From the NCBI GenBank assembly GCA_963705375.1, contig OY970071.1:240001-272000 (forward strand): 32,000 bases of DNA. Reading direction: 5' to 3'. The notes beneath the pieces are model-generated. The model did no database searches, had not been told where the DNA came from, and saw nothing but the letters and a program-made list of their open reading frames with translations. The position numbers and the translations under genes were made by a program. Within the stretch, counting starts at the first letter, position 1. The number at the start of each line of letters is the position of its first letter. The stretch comes from Candidatus Saccharimonadota bacterium. GTDB taxonomy: Archaea > Micrarchaeota > Micrarchaeia > Micrarchaeales > Micrarchaeaceae. Below, one piece after another: positions 17,075 to 26,041 of this stretch.

Positions 17075-17192
17075 GCACTCACGACACTACACCTGAATCA
17101 AAGTATTTAACTGTTGCTTCTTCTTTCGCTTTGCTTTTTGCTTTCGAAAAGGCATAAATATTTATCAAACTGCAAGATACGTCAGTGGTAGG

Positions 17193-17627
17193 ATGGAAAA
17201 AAGCACATCGAGAGATTCGGAAGCATTAAGGGCAGACGCAAAGAGACTCGAAGCTAATTATTGGACAAAATCGGACGCAGCAGAGCTGTACATAAAGGCG
17301 GGAACAAAGCAGGACCTCCTACATGCAGCTGATCTTTATGATGTGTCGTGGATGTTTTTTGATGCGGCTAAGGCGCGCGTAAAGGCAGGAGTGCCTCCAG
17401 AAGAGGCATTCACGAAGGGCGCGAAGCTGTGCGAGCATGCAGGATACTTCGAGCTTGCAGCCATCATGTTGACAAAAGCAGGACTGGTACCTGATAAGGC
17501 ATGGGAACTGGAGGCGAAGCTGTGCGAGCGGCAGGGAGATACTCGTCCACTCTCTGATTCAGCCAATCGCGCATCCAGAATGCGCTCACCGGATTGGAGA
17601 GCGGATTGGCTAAAGAAATTCCAATGA
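17193..17627 (+). CDS. Hypothetical helical-repeat protein
   Basis: 144-aa ORF with TATA cataaatatttatc about 30 nt upstream. Repeated KAG-containing helical units (ELYIKAGTKQD / KARVKAGVPPEEA / IMLTKAGLVPDKA). Confidence 0.5.
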   Translation: MEKSTSRDSEALRADAKRLEANYWTKSDAAELYIKAGTKQDLLHAADLYDVSWMFFDAAKARVKAGVPPEEAFTKGAKLCEHAGYFELAAIMLTKAGLVPDKAWELEAKLCERQGDTRPLSDSANRASRMRSPDWRADWLKKFQ

Positions 17628-17669
17628 CTTGCTCATAAAGTATGGCAAAATCCGTAATGCCTGATGCAG

Positions 17670-18620
17670 CTAGTCTCTTCGCAGTAACGATTCGTAGTGG
17701 CTTGCAAGGCATTTTTCAAAGGCAGCTCTCTTCTCATCGTTTTTATAGATGCTTGCTATCATATCCGCAACGCCGTTGGAGTCCGCGCTTATGAGTTCAA
17801 GGCTTGCAATCTCCTTTACGACCTTTTCAGGAGCTTCTCCGAGATCGAGAGCCTCCATTGCGATGATCGAATACAGTATCGCCGCGTTGCCCTCCGCATT
17901 CATCTTGCTTCTGTTCGCGTTTGCCCAGTCTGCCCACAGCTGATAGTCGTTCACAAGGCTTCGGGCTTCTCTGTCGCATTGCTCGCCCTTCACGAACTCC
18001 TTTATTGCGACCTTGCCTATTGAGCCGCCTTCGAACGCATTCCAGTCAGACCACGCTTTTTTGCTTTCAGGCAGCAACTCCGGGATCTTTTTCAAAGCTA
18101 CAGACTCTATTGAGAGGTCTTCCTCTGCATGCACTTCAGACACACGCGTTATGTTCGCGGCTTTTAGGCATTCTTCAAAAGCTGCCTTCTTTTTCTCGTC
18201 ATTATAGAAGAGGGTTACTGCATCGGCGATTTTTGCTGGACTCGTTTTAACCAATGCAGAATCTGTAAGCTCTTGTACGACTTTTTCAGGCTCTTCGTTA
18301 GAATCGAGGGCTTTCATCACAATGATCGCATACAATATCTCTTCTTTGCCCTCATCGTTATTTTTGGCACGGTTTGCAGCCAGCCACTTATTCCAGTTTA
18401 TGGAATTGTTAATAAGACGGCTCTTGCCTATGCGTTCGCATGTCGCACCATTTATAAAATCTTTTATCTTGCCTTTCCCAACAGCACCCTCTACAAAATC
18501 TTTCCAAGCCGGTGGCGTTTTCATATCAGGGAAACACTCTTGGAACGTCCTCAAGGCGACGACTTCAAGCGTTATTTCTCCTTTTATCGGTTTTTCGTAA
18601 GCTTTGGGTATGTTGTGCAT
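17670..18620 (-). CDS. Hypothetical protein made of two tandem roughly 150-aa repeats
   Basis: The halves align: W.DF..G..GK..IK.F..G..C.R....L.N....W..W..ANR.K.N.EG...ILY.II.M.ALD..E.PEKVV.E...........AD.....Y...EK.AAFE.CL. Confidence 0.6.
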   Translation of the reverse strand: MHNIPKAYEKPIKGEITLEVVALRTFQECFPDMKTPPAWKDFVEGAVGKGKIKDFINGATCERIGKSRLINNSINWNKWLAANRAKNNDEGKEEILYAIIVMKALDSNEEPEKVVQELTDSALVKTSPAKIADAVTLFYNDEKKKAAFEECLKAANITRVSEVHAEEDLSIESVALKKIPELLPESKKAWSDWNAFEGGSIGKVAIKEFVKGEQCDREARSLVNDYQLWADWANANRSKMNAEGNAAILYSIIAMEALDLGEAPEKVVKEIASLELISADSNGVADMIASIYKNDEKRAAFEKCLASHYESLLRRD

Positions 18621-18680
18621 GCTATCGGCTCTGAACGGTCTGATTATCCAGATATTTGGATGTTGCTGTTTGCTATCTTT

Positions 18681-18923
18681 TTACCTCTTCTTGACCAGCT
18701 TTTCGAACTTTTCCCCGGTCCAGATTCTCGGAAAGTTCTTGCTCTCTATCTCTATCTGGTCCTCGCGCAGGAATGCACCAGTGATCCGATCTTTCGGCGC
18801 TGCACTCAATGCGACTTTGGCGGATTTTTGCATGGCCTTCTCCTCTTTTTCAGGCCCTGCAACGATTTTGTTATCGCTCATGTTGTCACGGGTTATGTTG
18901 AGAACATCCACATATTTAGGCAT
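18681..18923 (-). CDS. Hypothetical small protein
   Basis: 80-aa ORF on the same strand, between two other orphan ORFs. Confidence 0.35.
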   Translation of the reverse strand: MPKYVDVLNITRDNMSDNKIVAGPEKEEKAMQKSAKVALSAAPKDRITGAFLREDQIEIESKNFPRIWTGEKFEKLVKKR

Positions 18924-19102
18924 TGTTGTATGCGCATTTTACATGCGAATTAGAAGGAATAGAAAACCGGATAAGCAACACTGGTCGCCACCGCCAAGAA
19001 CGGCACCAGCTCCCGTTGTAGGTCAGCCGTTTTTAGATTGTTGCCTTGCTGGTCCGAGCATTCAGAAAATATAAGAAAACGCAGATGGCGAAACTGACGC
19101 GT

Positions 19103-19414
19103 TTACTGATCTTCCTTCAGCTTGGAGTCAGACATACTTTCAAGATTCGGGGGCATACGTGTCCCAAGCTTTGGGTTTATCTTGAACCAGAACTCAAATA
19201 CTGCGCCTGGTTCGACGTTGTCTGTCCATGGGACCCACTTTCCGCCTTCTGTTACGTCGGCTTCTTTTTTGGCAGGCTTAGGCGTGCCGCGACGCAGCAT
19301 GTCCAATGCTTGTGAGAACAGCAGGGCCATCTCCGTCTTTTGCAATTCAATTATTTCTTCGAATTTCACGTCAGAAACGCGTCCTGATTTAACCATTTTT
19401 GTTTCGTCGGGCAT
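19103..19414 (-). CDS. Hypothetical protein
   Basis: 103-aa ORF with a TATA-like element (aatatactac on the minus strand) upstream. Confidence 0.45.
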   Translation of the reverse strand: MPDETKMVKSGRVSDVKFEEIIELQKTEMALLFSQALDMLRRGTPKPAKKEADVTEGGKWVPWTDNVEPGAVFEFWFKINPKLGTRMPPNLESMSDSKLKEDQ

Positions 19415-19592
19415 ATAGCATCACTTGTGTAGATTCCGTAGTATATTGTGGGCGTTCCTGATATTTATGCGCTACTATTTCTGTCAATTTATACACTAAA
19501 CTTTGCGTTTTTGTAACTACCGACGAGGATACGTTTTGGAGTCGTCAGAGACGTGCACACCAGGCGCAAGGACAGATTCTGCAGTACAAACC

Positions 19593-19601
19593 TTGCTTTT
19601 G
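19593..19601. repeat. Target-site duplication (TTGCTTTTG), left copy
   Basis: An identical 9-mer sits at 20859-20867, immediately outside the inverted repeats. Confidence 0.85.
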
Positions 19602-19617
19602 GATTCTGGGACAAAAG

Positions 19618-20613
19618 TCATCCATAACCGATTCTGAATAAGTTGTGAAGTGTTGCAGTACAACTTATTGCTGTATCGATTCTGTCATTTCTTTTCTGCC
19701 ATATTTTCCACCCAACCATCCGTTTATCTACAGACCAACCATTCTCAGACTTCTCCCTTTTGTAGTACTCTATCAAGTAGGACAGAGGATCCTTCATCAT
19801 CCGTCTGAATATCTTCCTCCATCTAGACGGGCCATTTATTGTTGTGTTGCTCTTTGGGATTATGTACAAAACAGTTTTGTCGTCAAAATACTTCAAAGTT
19901 GATTGGTAACTATAGTACCTGTCTAACCTTGCACTATTGACTGTTATCCCTGTGGCCACCTCTACATTTCTGAGCAGCTTCATTGCATTTTCGAATGCTT
20001 CCTTTTCAGATCGTATACCCGAGCCATAACATATGTACAACCCATTCTTTATGTCGATGAGATTGAACGAATACACGAATTTCCTGTACCCTTCTTTATC
20101 GACTTGTGTACGGTAATGTTTCGTTACTGTTAGTGTGTAACCCGTTCCGTCTCCGCTCACATCTATTTTCTTATCACATTTTCGTTTTATCGTCAGAATA
20201 AACATGTTGTGCAAAACAATTCGCACCAGTTCATCAGAATACATCCTTTCGACAGTTTTGTAACTAATGTCAATGCCACAAAATGCGCCAAAAAGGGACA
20301 TCAGTCCGGCCATTGGTCTGTTGTTTTTGCAGAAAATCGATTTTAGGATAAGCGCAACCACCTTCTGTTGGAGAGACAATTTTGCAGGTCTTCCGAATTT
20401 GGATACCTTCATCTCAATAGAGTCTATTGCTGATTTTGTAAGAATGTTCAACTCTTTCGCGACATATCTTATCCTATTTGCATATTCTTCTTCATATGTT
20501 TTCCAGTCAGTGTGTTTTTCTGCCGTTTTTTCGCCGTAAATCTCAATCAGTTTCTTGAACTCCTTGAAAAATCTTCGGAACTGTCTATTCGTTAACCTTT
20601 TGGTTTTTGCCAT
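19618..20613 (-). CDS. DDE transposase
   Basis: DVSGDGTGY (first Asp region). The C-terminal YYKREKSENGWSVDKR fits the Y-2-R-3-E-6-K signature of IS4-like DDE transposases. The stop codon overlaps IR-L. Confidence 0.8.
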   Translation of the reverse strand: MAKTKRLTNRQFRRFFKEFKKLIEIYGEKTAEKHTDWKTYEEEYANRIRYVAKELNILTKSAIDSIEMKVSKFGRPAKLSLQQKVVALILKSIFCKNNRPMAGLMSLFGAFCGIDISYKTVERMYSDELVRIVLHNMFILTIKRKCDKKIDVSGDGTGYTLTVTKHYRTQVDKEGYRKFVYSFNLIDIKNGLYICYGSGIRSEKEAFENAMKLLRNVEVATGITVNSARLDRYYSYQSTLKYFDDKTVLYIIPKSNTTINGPSRWRKIFRRMMKDPLSYLIEYYKREKSENGWSVDKRMVGWKIWQKRNDRIDTAISCTATLHNLFRIGYG

Positions 20614-20676
20614 GATATTATTATTGAAAGGAAAAGTATTTAAATATATATTAATATATATTATACGGTGTGGTAA

Positions 20677-20838
20677 ATGAGGAAAATTGAAGTAATAAAG
20701 AACAAACTTAAAATCGGAGACGATGTTGTAGTTGTTTTTGAGAAACCTGTAACTCGGTTCGGAACAGGAGCAAAAATCGATTGTCCTAAAGAGTACATTG
20801 GCAAGATGGTTTACGTCATGGTGCGGAAATCAAAGTAA
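20677..20838 (+). CDS. Small transposon-associated protein (DUF2080-like)
   Basis: 53-aa ORF below the track cutoff: MRKIEVIKNKLKIGDDVVVVFEKPVTRFGTGAKIDCPKEYIGKMVYVMVRKSK. The FG.gAkI.cPKeyIGK.VyV pattern recalls archaeal transposon-encoded DUF2080 proteins. Ends 2 nt before IR-R. Confidence 0.55.
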   Translation: MRKIEVIKNKLKIGDDVVVVFEKPVTRFGTGAKIDCPKEYIGKMVYVMVRKSK

Positions 20839-20858
20839 TCGACTTTTGTCCCAGAGTC

Positions 20859-20867
20859 TTGCTTTTG
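20859..20867. repeat. Target-site duplication (TTGCTTTTG), right copy
   Basis: Identical to 19593-19601. Confidence 0.85.
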
Positions 20868-20911
20868 AAAAAGGATAAATACTTGCGAACTGTAAGGTTT
20901 GCCGTGAGAGT

Positions 20912-21400
20912 ATGGTGTATAAACAGCCGACCAAAGAGCAAGTGCAGAAAGCAGAGCATGAGCAGCACTGGCAAGAATGGGAGCAAGAGCAGAACGATAA
21001 ACAGCAGCAAAAGCACATAGAGGATGCTGCTTATTTCGCGAGTATTGGAGCCTTTCCAAATGCCGCATACTGTGCGGCGGCTGCCGGGCTGGCCAATTTT
21101 AAGGTGGCGTACGAATGGGCTGCAGATAAGGAAGACGCAGCTGGAAATCACTGGGATGCTGTAAAAATACGCACACGGGACGCAGGTTGGACGTTAGCAG
21201 CGGCGTACAAGAAGAGCTGGGAGTCTGCAGAGGCAATGGCAGTAAAGAAAGATAGTGAGGGAAAGCCTGATGAGGCGCAGAAGCGGCGCGATATCGCAGA
21301 AGAGATGCGCAAGAAAGCCGCACAGGAATTCGCCGCATTCAAGGAGCTGATGCGGGACGCTGACGAAAGTGCACACCAAGATGAGGGCGCTGCACCGTGA
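20912..21400 (+). CDS. Hypothetical Gln/Glu/Ala-rich protein
   Basis: 162-aa ORF with TATA ggataaatactt about 30 nt upstream. Confidence 0.5.
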   Translation: MVYKQPTKEQVQKAEHEQHWQEWEQEQNDKQQQKHIEDAAYFASIGAFPNAAYCAAAAGLANFKVAYEWAADKEDAAGNHWDAVKIRTRDAGWTLAAAYKKSWESAEAMAVKKDSEGKPDEAQKRRDIAEEMRKKAAQEFAAFKELMRDADESAHQDEGAAP

Positions 21401-21480
21401 TGTAGCAAAGCATTCACTCAAACGCGGTCACGGATCGTTGCAACAGAATCAAGGAGGCTAGGCAAGCTATCCGATGACGT

Positions 21481-22515
21481 CTAGCGCTTCTTCAGGATCC
21501 GGTACGCTATCGACATCTCGACTTCTGTGGAGGAATAGGGCCGCACCTCCCGTTTGTCCATGAACTCGACTGTGTGGTGATGCGCATCTGCATGCTCCTT
21601 TATGACATGCCATATGTCCTCGAACGCGCTACCGACAGTGCCGAAGCTATATATGTCGATGATGGCCTTGCGCTTCGATACTGCACATGCCTCGTCAAGG
21701 AACTTGAGGCTCGACATGGGGAGAGGCATTATCACGCGGTCCGCCCAGCATTTGTACTTTGAGTAGGCGCGCTTGACATCTCCAAGAACGGGTTTCACGT
21801 TCGGAGTCTTGTTGAGCCTTATGTTCTCTATCATCGATTCGTAGCCGTGCCTGTTGAGCTCTATCGCGACTACGCGCGTCTTCGGGTGCGCCTTCGCAAT
21901 CTCTATCGCGAACGGCCCCACGCCTGCGAACATCACCATCACCTGCTCCTTATCTCTTACCTCTGAAACCATCCTTGCGCGCTCGTACGCGAGCCTGCTC
22001 GAGAAGTAAACCTTCCTGACATCGAACTTGAACACGCAGTTGTTCTCCTTGTGAAGCGCGGCGTACGTCCTGATGCCGGCAACGTACCGCATCTTCCTTG
22101 TGCGGTACCTGCCAGAGATTGGTCCTGCCTTTGCAAGCACTGTCGTTATGCTCTTGTTAGTCTGCATGAGCGCCTTTGCTACTAGCCTTTCCTTTCCTGT
22201 GCTTAGTTTGGAGCCTATTATCGCTATCGAACCTAGCTGCTCGTATCCGCGTTCGAGAAGCGCCATATCCTTGCTGTTGAGGATTGAATGCAGCATCTCA
22301 TCATAGCTCTTTGACGTTCTCTTTCTCCTGGCACCTCCAGACACTATACGCACAGCATCAGGAAGCTTTTTATTCTTTTTAGCAGCATCTAGTACAGGAA
22401 AATAGACATAGCCGGGGCTATGCTCTGCAGGCATCGAGCTGTCCATGAGGTGCATGTGCGCCAACAGCAGCTTTGTCCTCTCTGCATCCTTCATTGGCAC
22501 CTTTGCGTATGTCAT
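21481..22515 (-). CDS. trm5: tRNA (guanine37-N1)-methyltransferase Trm5 / Met-10+ family
   Basis: HKENNCVFKFDVRKVYFSSRLAYER and the SAM-binding motif MFAGVGPFAIEIAK...VVAIELN...ADRVIMPLP are characteristic of Trm5/Taw22. Confidence 0.85.
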   Translation of the reverse strand: MTYAKVPMKDAERTKLLLAHMHLMDSSMPAEHSPGYVYFPVLDAAKKNKKLPDAVRIVSGGARRKRTSKSYDEMLHSILNSKDMALLERGYEQLGSIAIIGSKLSTGKERLVAKALMQTNKSITTVLAKAGPISGRYRTRKMRYVAGIRTYAALHKENNCVFKFDVRKVYFSSRLAYERARMVSEVRDKEQVMVMFAGVGPFAIEIAKAHPKTRVVAIELNRHGYESMIENIRLNKTPNVKPVLGDVKRAYSKYKCWADRVIMPLPMSSLKFLDEACAVSKRKAIIDIYSFGTVGSAFEDIWHVIKEHADAHHHTVEFMDKREVRPYSSTEVEMSIAYRILKKR

Positions 22516-22565
22516 CCAATCAAAACGATTATAAGATGCTATGAAGTAACATTTAAAGTGATTGT

Positions 22566-23015
22566 TTGTATTTTGTAGTGAAAGTTACATCGGGCCAGGA
22601 GCACATTGCAGCCAACATGCTGCAGAACAAGAGCTCCAAGACCGATCTGCCAATATACGCCGTGATAGTCGTAGCAGGGATGCGCGGCTACCTGATACTT
22701 GAGGCAGAGGACGAGGTTTCAGCAAGGCAGTTCGTGACCCGCGGCAGGAACATACGCGGAATACTGCCGAAGTCTCTAAGCGAAGAAGAGGTCAGCAAGC
22801 TCATAGAGATGCGCAGCCAGGCGATGACCATAGAGCACGGCGACACTGTCGAGTTCACGACAGGCCCGTTCAAGGGCTACAAAGCCAAGGTGCTGCGCGT
22901 GGACGAGCTCAAAGAAGAGATAACGGTAGAGCTCATGGACGTCGTTGTGCCGATCCCGATAACAACTAAGATGGCCACCGCAAGGGTGGTCCAGAAAGCA
23001 AACAAAGCAGGTTGA
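22566..23015 (+). CDS. spt5: Transcription elongation factor Spt5 (archaeal NusG)
   Basis: NGN domain start YFVVKVTSGQE (compare IFAVKTT.GQE). KOW motif GDTVEFTTGPFKGYKAKVLRVD. TTG start; immediately upstream of uL11. Confidence 0.9.
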   Translation: MYFVVKVTSGQEHIAANMLQNKSSKTDLPIYAVIVVAGMRGYLILEAEDEVSARQFVTRGRNIRGILPKSLSEEEVSKLIEMRSQAMTIEHGDTVEFTTGPFKGYKAKVLRVDELKEEITVELMDVVVPIPITTKMATARVVQKANKAG

Positions 23016-23020
23016 ATAAT

Positions 23021-23488
23021 ATGCCAGAAACAATAATCAGTGGACTCATAGCTGGAGGGAAGGCGACTTCAGGGCCGCCATTCGGTCCGGCTCTCGGACC
23101 TCTCGGAGTTAACATAAGCAAGATAATCGAGGAGATCAACGACAAGACCAAGCAGTTCGACGGCATAAACGTGCCGGTCAAGGTGATCATCGACACTGCC
23201 ACGAAGACATACAAGGTCGAAGTCGGAATGCCTCCAACAAGCGCATTGATACTGAAGGAACTCGGCATCAAGCTAGGCGCCAAGGCCAAGGGCGAAATAG
23301 TAGGAAACCTCACACTGGCGCAGGCGAAGAACGTCGCAAACGCGAAAGATACGCGTATTTATGGAAAGACGCTTGGGGCAAAAGTGAACCAGGTGCTCGG
23401 CACGTGCAAGAGCATGGGCGTCACCTGCGAAGGCGAGGATCCAAGAGCCATCATAAAGAAGATAAACAGCGGCGAGATAAAACTGTGA
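23021..23488 (+). CDS. rpl11: 50S ribosomal protein uL11
   Basis: GGKATSGPPFGPALGPLGVNI is the universal L11 motif. ATG 23021 is preferred over TTG 23012. Confidence 0.95.
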   Translation: MPETIISGLIAGGKATSGPPFGPALGPLGVNISKIIEEINDKTKQFDGINVPVKVIIDTATKTYKVEVGMPPTSALILKELGIKLGAKAKGEIVGNLTLAQAKNVANAKDTRIYGKTLGAKVNQVLGTCKSMGVTCEGEDPRAIIKKINSGEIKL

Positions 23489-23672
23489 TCTTTTCCTTAG
23501 GCACAGAAACGATGTGCCTTGCTGAGACGATACGCAGCTCCGCATTAGATGCTTCGCATCAAAAGGAAGATCGGCAGAAAGCAAAGTTGCTTTTCCTTTT
23601 TACAGAATGCCAGGCAGAAAGTTCAATCTGAACGCTTATATATTTGAGCGCAAAAATGACAGTGGGGATGAA

Positions 23673-24275
23673 ATGCTGGCACAGAAGTCATATTCCCAGC
23701 TGGTGCGTGAGATCACCGAAAAGGTCCAGTCAGAACCTGCCGCACTCAGAAGCTTCTTGAGAACGGACGATGCCGAACAGAAGCTCTGGACTGCGCTCGC
23801 ATCATCAGGCGCCCCATACAATATTGCGCACAACATCATCACGTTCATATTCTACGACATACCGAACACTTCGTTCCTAAAGTTCGCGTCGACCAACGAA
23901 ACCGAATCGGATGTCTTCCGCAGCGACACGTACGAGTCTGCGCGCGCCGTCGCACAGAAACACCTGCAAGACGAACACATGGACGCATCTTCATGGGACT
24001 CGATGTTCGGCAGAGCGTACGAGGCAGCATGGAACGGAGGCTGGGACATGCTGTGCACCGTTGTAAGGGAGGCCGCGCACTACGCCACGCTGATTGCGAT
24101 GCACGGCTGGAAATCGATGTTTGCAGAATACGCCGCGCGCGATGCTGAGCTCAAGGTGACTTACATGCTTCTCGACTTCGAATGCAAAAGCGAGTACCAG
24201 ACATATGTGGAGAGCGCTGGGATGCCTGGAGCCGCGGTCTCGGCGTGCTGTGCGATGTTGATGGCATACTCATAA
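23673..24275 (+). CDS. Hypothetical protein
   Basis: ORF in the 23607 frame. ATG 23673 lies about 30 nt downstream of the TATA box cttatatatttg (about 23634-23645). Confidence 0.5.
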   Translation: MLAQKSYSQLVREITEKVQSEPAALRSFLRTDDAEQKLWTALASSGAPYNIAHNIITFIFYDIPNTSFLKFASTNETESDVFRSDTYESARAVAQKHLQDEHMDASSWDSMFGRAYEAAWNGGWDMLCTVVREAAHYATLIAMHGWKSMFAEYAARDAELKVTYMLLDFECKSEYQTYVESAGMPGAAVSACCAMLMAYS

Positions 24276-24338
24276 AGTTTGTAGGGACGCAACCACCACA
24301 GATTACGCTGTGACTTCGATCAAAAACGTGTTGACTTG

Positions 24339-25313
24339 ATGCTTCTTGACAGGATATACGGCCGTTTCGACATAAGCGATGGCGTGCTGCTAGAGCTGAT
24401 GGACTCGCCGTCGCTAAAGAGGCTGAATGGAGTTTCGCAGCACGGCTATCCCGCAGAGACCAAGACATCATTCCCGCACTATACCAGATACGAGCACAGC
24501 GTAGGCGTGATGCTTCTCCTGAGGATGCTAGGCGCAGGGCAGGAGGAGCAGATAGCAGGCCTGCTGCATGATGTGTCGCACACCGCGTTTTCGCACATAA
24601 TAGACTGGCTGTTCGGGGACCCTTCCAAGGAAGACTACCAGGACAGCACGCTGAAAGGCTACATACAGGACTCGGCACTAGGCAGGATACTGGCGAAATA
24701 CGGCTTCGATGCGGAAGCGATAAGCGAGATGGAGAATAGTGGAAAGTACTCTCTTCTCGAAAGGGACGCTCCGGACTTGTGCGCAGACAGGATAGACTAT
24801 GCGCTGAGGGACAGCCGCAGCTTTCTCGGTGTCGACGTTACGGAGTGCGTACGCAGCCTCGCAGTCCGTGACGGCGAGATCGTGTTCACGTCAAGAAATT
24901 CCGCGAAGCTGTTCGGAGGTTGGTACATGAAATGCCAGAAGGAATTCTGGGCAGGCAACGAGGCGAAATTAAGGTATTACCTGATCTCGGAAGCGCTGCG
25001 GCTCGCCATGGGCAAACGCATACTGAACCAGAAAGATCTGTACAAGGATGAGAGCGAGATCATAAGCATGCTGAGAAAGTCAAAAGACAAGGAGGTGTTG
25101 GAGAAACTGGAGGCCGGGCTCGGCGAGCTCAGGTTCGTCGTCTCCGACAGTGGACCGATAGAACTCAGAAAGAAGCTAAGGTATGTCGACCCCAAGTTCC
25201 TGTCCGAAGGCATGCCGGTAAGGCTGAGCGAAGTCGATGACGGTTACAGAGAACTCATAGAAGAAGAGAAGAAGAGATCCCTAAAGCCCGTCAGAGTGAA
25301 GTTGGTGAAATGA
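24339..25313 (+). CDS. HD-domain phosphohydrolase (COG1078 / SAMHD1-like dNTPase family)
   Basis: D.IYG.F......L.....S..KRL..VSQHG........TRYEHSVGV...AGLLHDVSHTAFSH...CADRIDYALRD matches the HD superfamily signature of COG1078. Confidence 0.85.
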   Translation: MLLDRIYGRFDISDGVLLELMDSPSLKRLNGVSQHGYPAETKTSFPHYTRYEHSVGVMLLLRMLGAGQEEQIAGLLHDVSHTAFSHIIDWLFGDPSKEDYQDSTLKGYIQDSALGRILAKYGFDAEAISEMENSGKYSLLERDAPDLCADRIDYALRDSRSFLGVDVTECVRSLAVRDGEIVFTSRNSAKLFGGWYMKCQKEFWAGNEAKLRYYLISEALRLAMGKRILNQKDLYKDESEIISMLRKSKDKEVLEKLEAGLGELRFVVSDSGPIELRKKLRYVDPKFLSEGMPVRLSEVDDGYRELIEEEKKRSLKPVRVKLVK

Positions 25314-25986
25314 TTCCCGAAAGAAAATCTGACGTGGCTAAAATATACCTCAAATTAAGGGGCAGATTCGGCCTCAGGGGATGGTGGCACGGTACAGGAG
25401 AAGAGATAGTCAGAGGTGTAATACTAACCCCGCAGACATCCTAGAAGAATGTCGAAAAGGCGATGGCAAACCTGAAAAGTGATGGGAAACTCGGTCTGAA
25501 GGAGATTGCGCACACAGACACCAAGGCACTTGAACGGCTAATAAGGCCTAGCGGATTCTACAGGCATAAGAGCAAAAGACTAAAACACATCTCGTCGTAC
25601 ATCTGCAAAAAGTATCTGGGCGTTGACCAATTCTTTGATAAAGATGCAAACGAATCGAGAAGAGAGTTGCTCTCGCTCCACGGCATAGGCAATGAGACCG
25701 CAGACAGCATTGCGCTATACGCTGCAGGTAAGCCCCTGTTCGTAATCGACGCGTACACCAGAAGGCGGTGCACATGATAGATCCCAGCGTGCCAGAGAAC
25801 GCAGACTATGATTCGCTGCGCGAATACTTTCAGGAGAACCTGAAAAAGGACATATTTCTTTATCAAGACTTCCATGCCCAGTTCGTGGAACTCAGAAAGA
25901 GGCACTGCAAGACAAAGCCTGGCTGCGCAGGGTGCCCTCTGAACGATATGTGTACCTACCGAAAGTCTGCGATGCCAGTGTCGTGA
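25310..25986 (+). pseudogene. Endonuclease III-domain (HhH-GPD, COG2231-like) gene disrupted by an in-frame TAG and a frameshift
   Basis: ATG 25310 overlaps the HD gene stop (ATGA). ...WWHGTGEEIVRGVILTPQTS*KNVEKA has TAG (25442-25444) where family members carry Trp (TGG). The HhH motif LLSLHGIGNETADSIALYA is intact. The frame shifts by 1 nt around 25760-25768 (DAYTRR | AVHMID...). The C-terminal CKTKPGCAGCPLNDMC Fe-S-type motif is in the second frame. Confidence 0.75.
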
Positions 25987-26041
25987 AGACGCACTCTAAA
26001 CCTTTAAATATTCCTGTCTCTATGATTTTATTACAGATGCT

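Larger units (their letters stand above)
19602..20858 (-). mobile_element. Intact DDE-type insertion sequence (1257 bp) with 18-bp terminal inverted repeats; possibly ISA1214/ISNCY-like
   Basis: IR-L gattctgggacaaaagtc (19602-19619) matches the reverse complement of IR-R, gactctgggacaaaagtc (20841-20858), at 17 of 18 positions. Flanked by a perfect 9-bp TSD. Contains a transposase and a divergent DUF2080-like ORF. Visibly more AT-rich than the flanks. Confidence 0.85.

Noticed and set aside
17193-21400. Possible paralogy between the Ala/Gly-rich helical orphans 17193..17627 and 20912..21400 (recurring x-A-G units)
   Set aside because: The resemblance is compositional. I could not produce a convincing residue-level alignment without tools.
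25442-25444. In-frame TAG as possible recoding (pyrrolysine or reassignment)
   Set aside because: The position corresponds to a conserved Trp (TGG), one transition away. The same gene also has a frameshift, and TAG is used as a normal stop elsewhere (for example CDS 8485..9507). Pseudogenisation is the simpler explanation.
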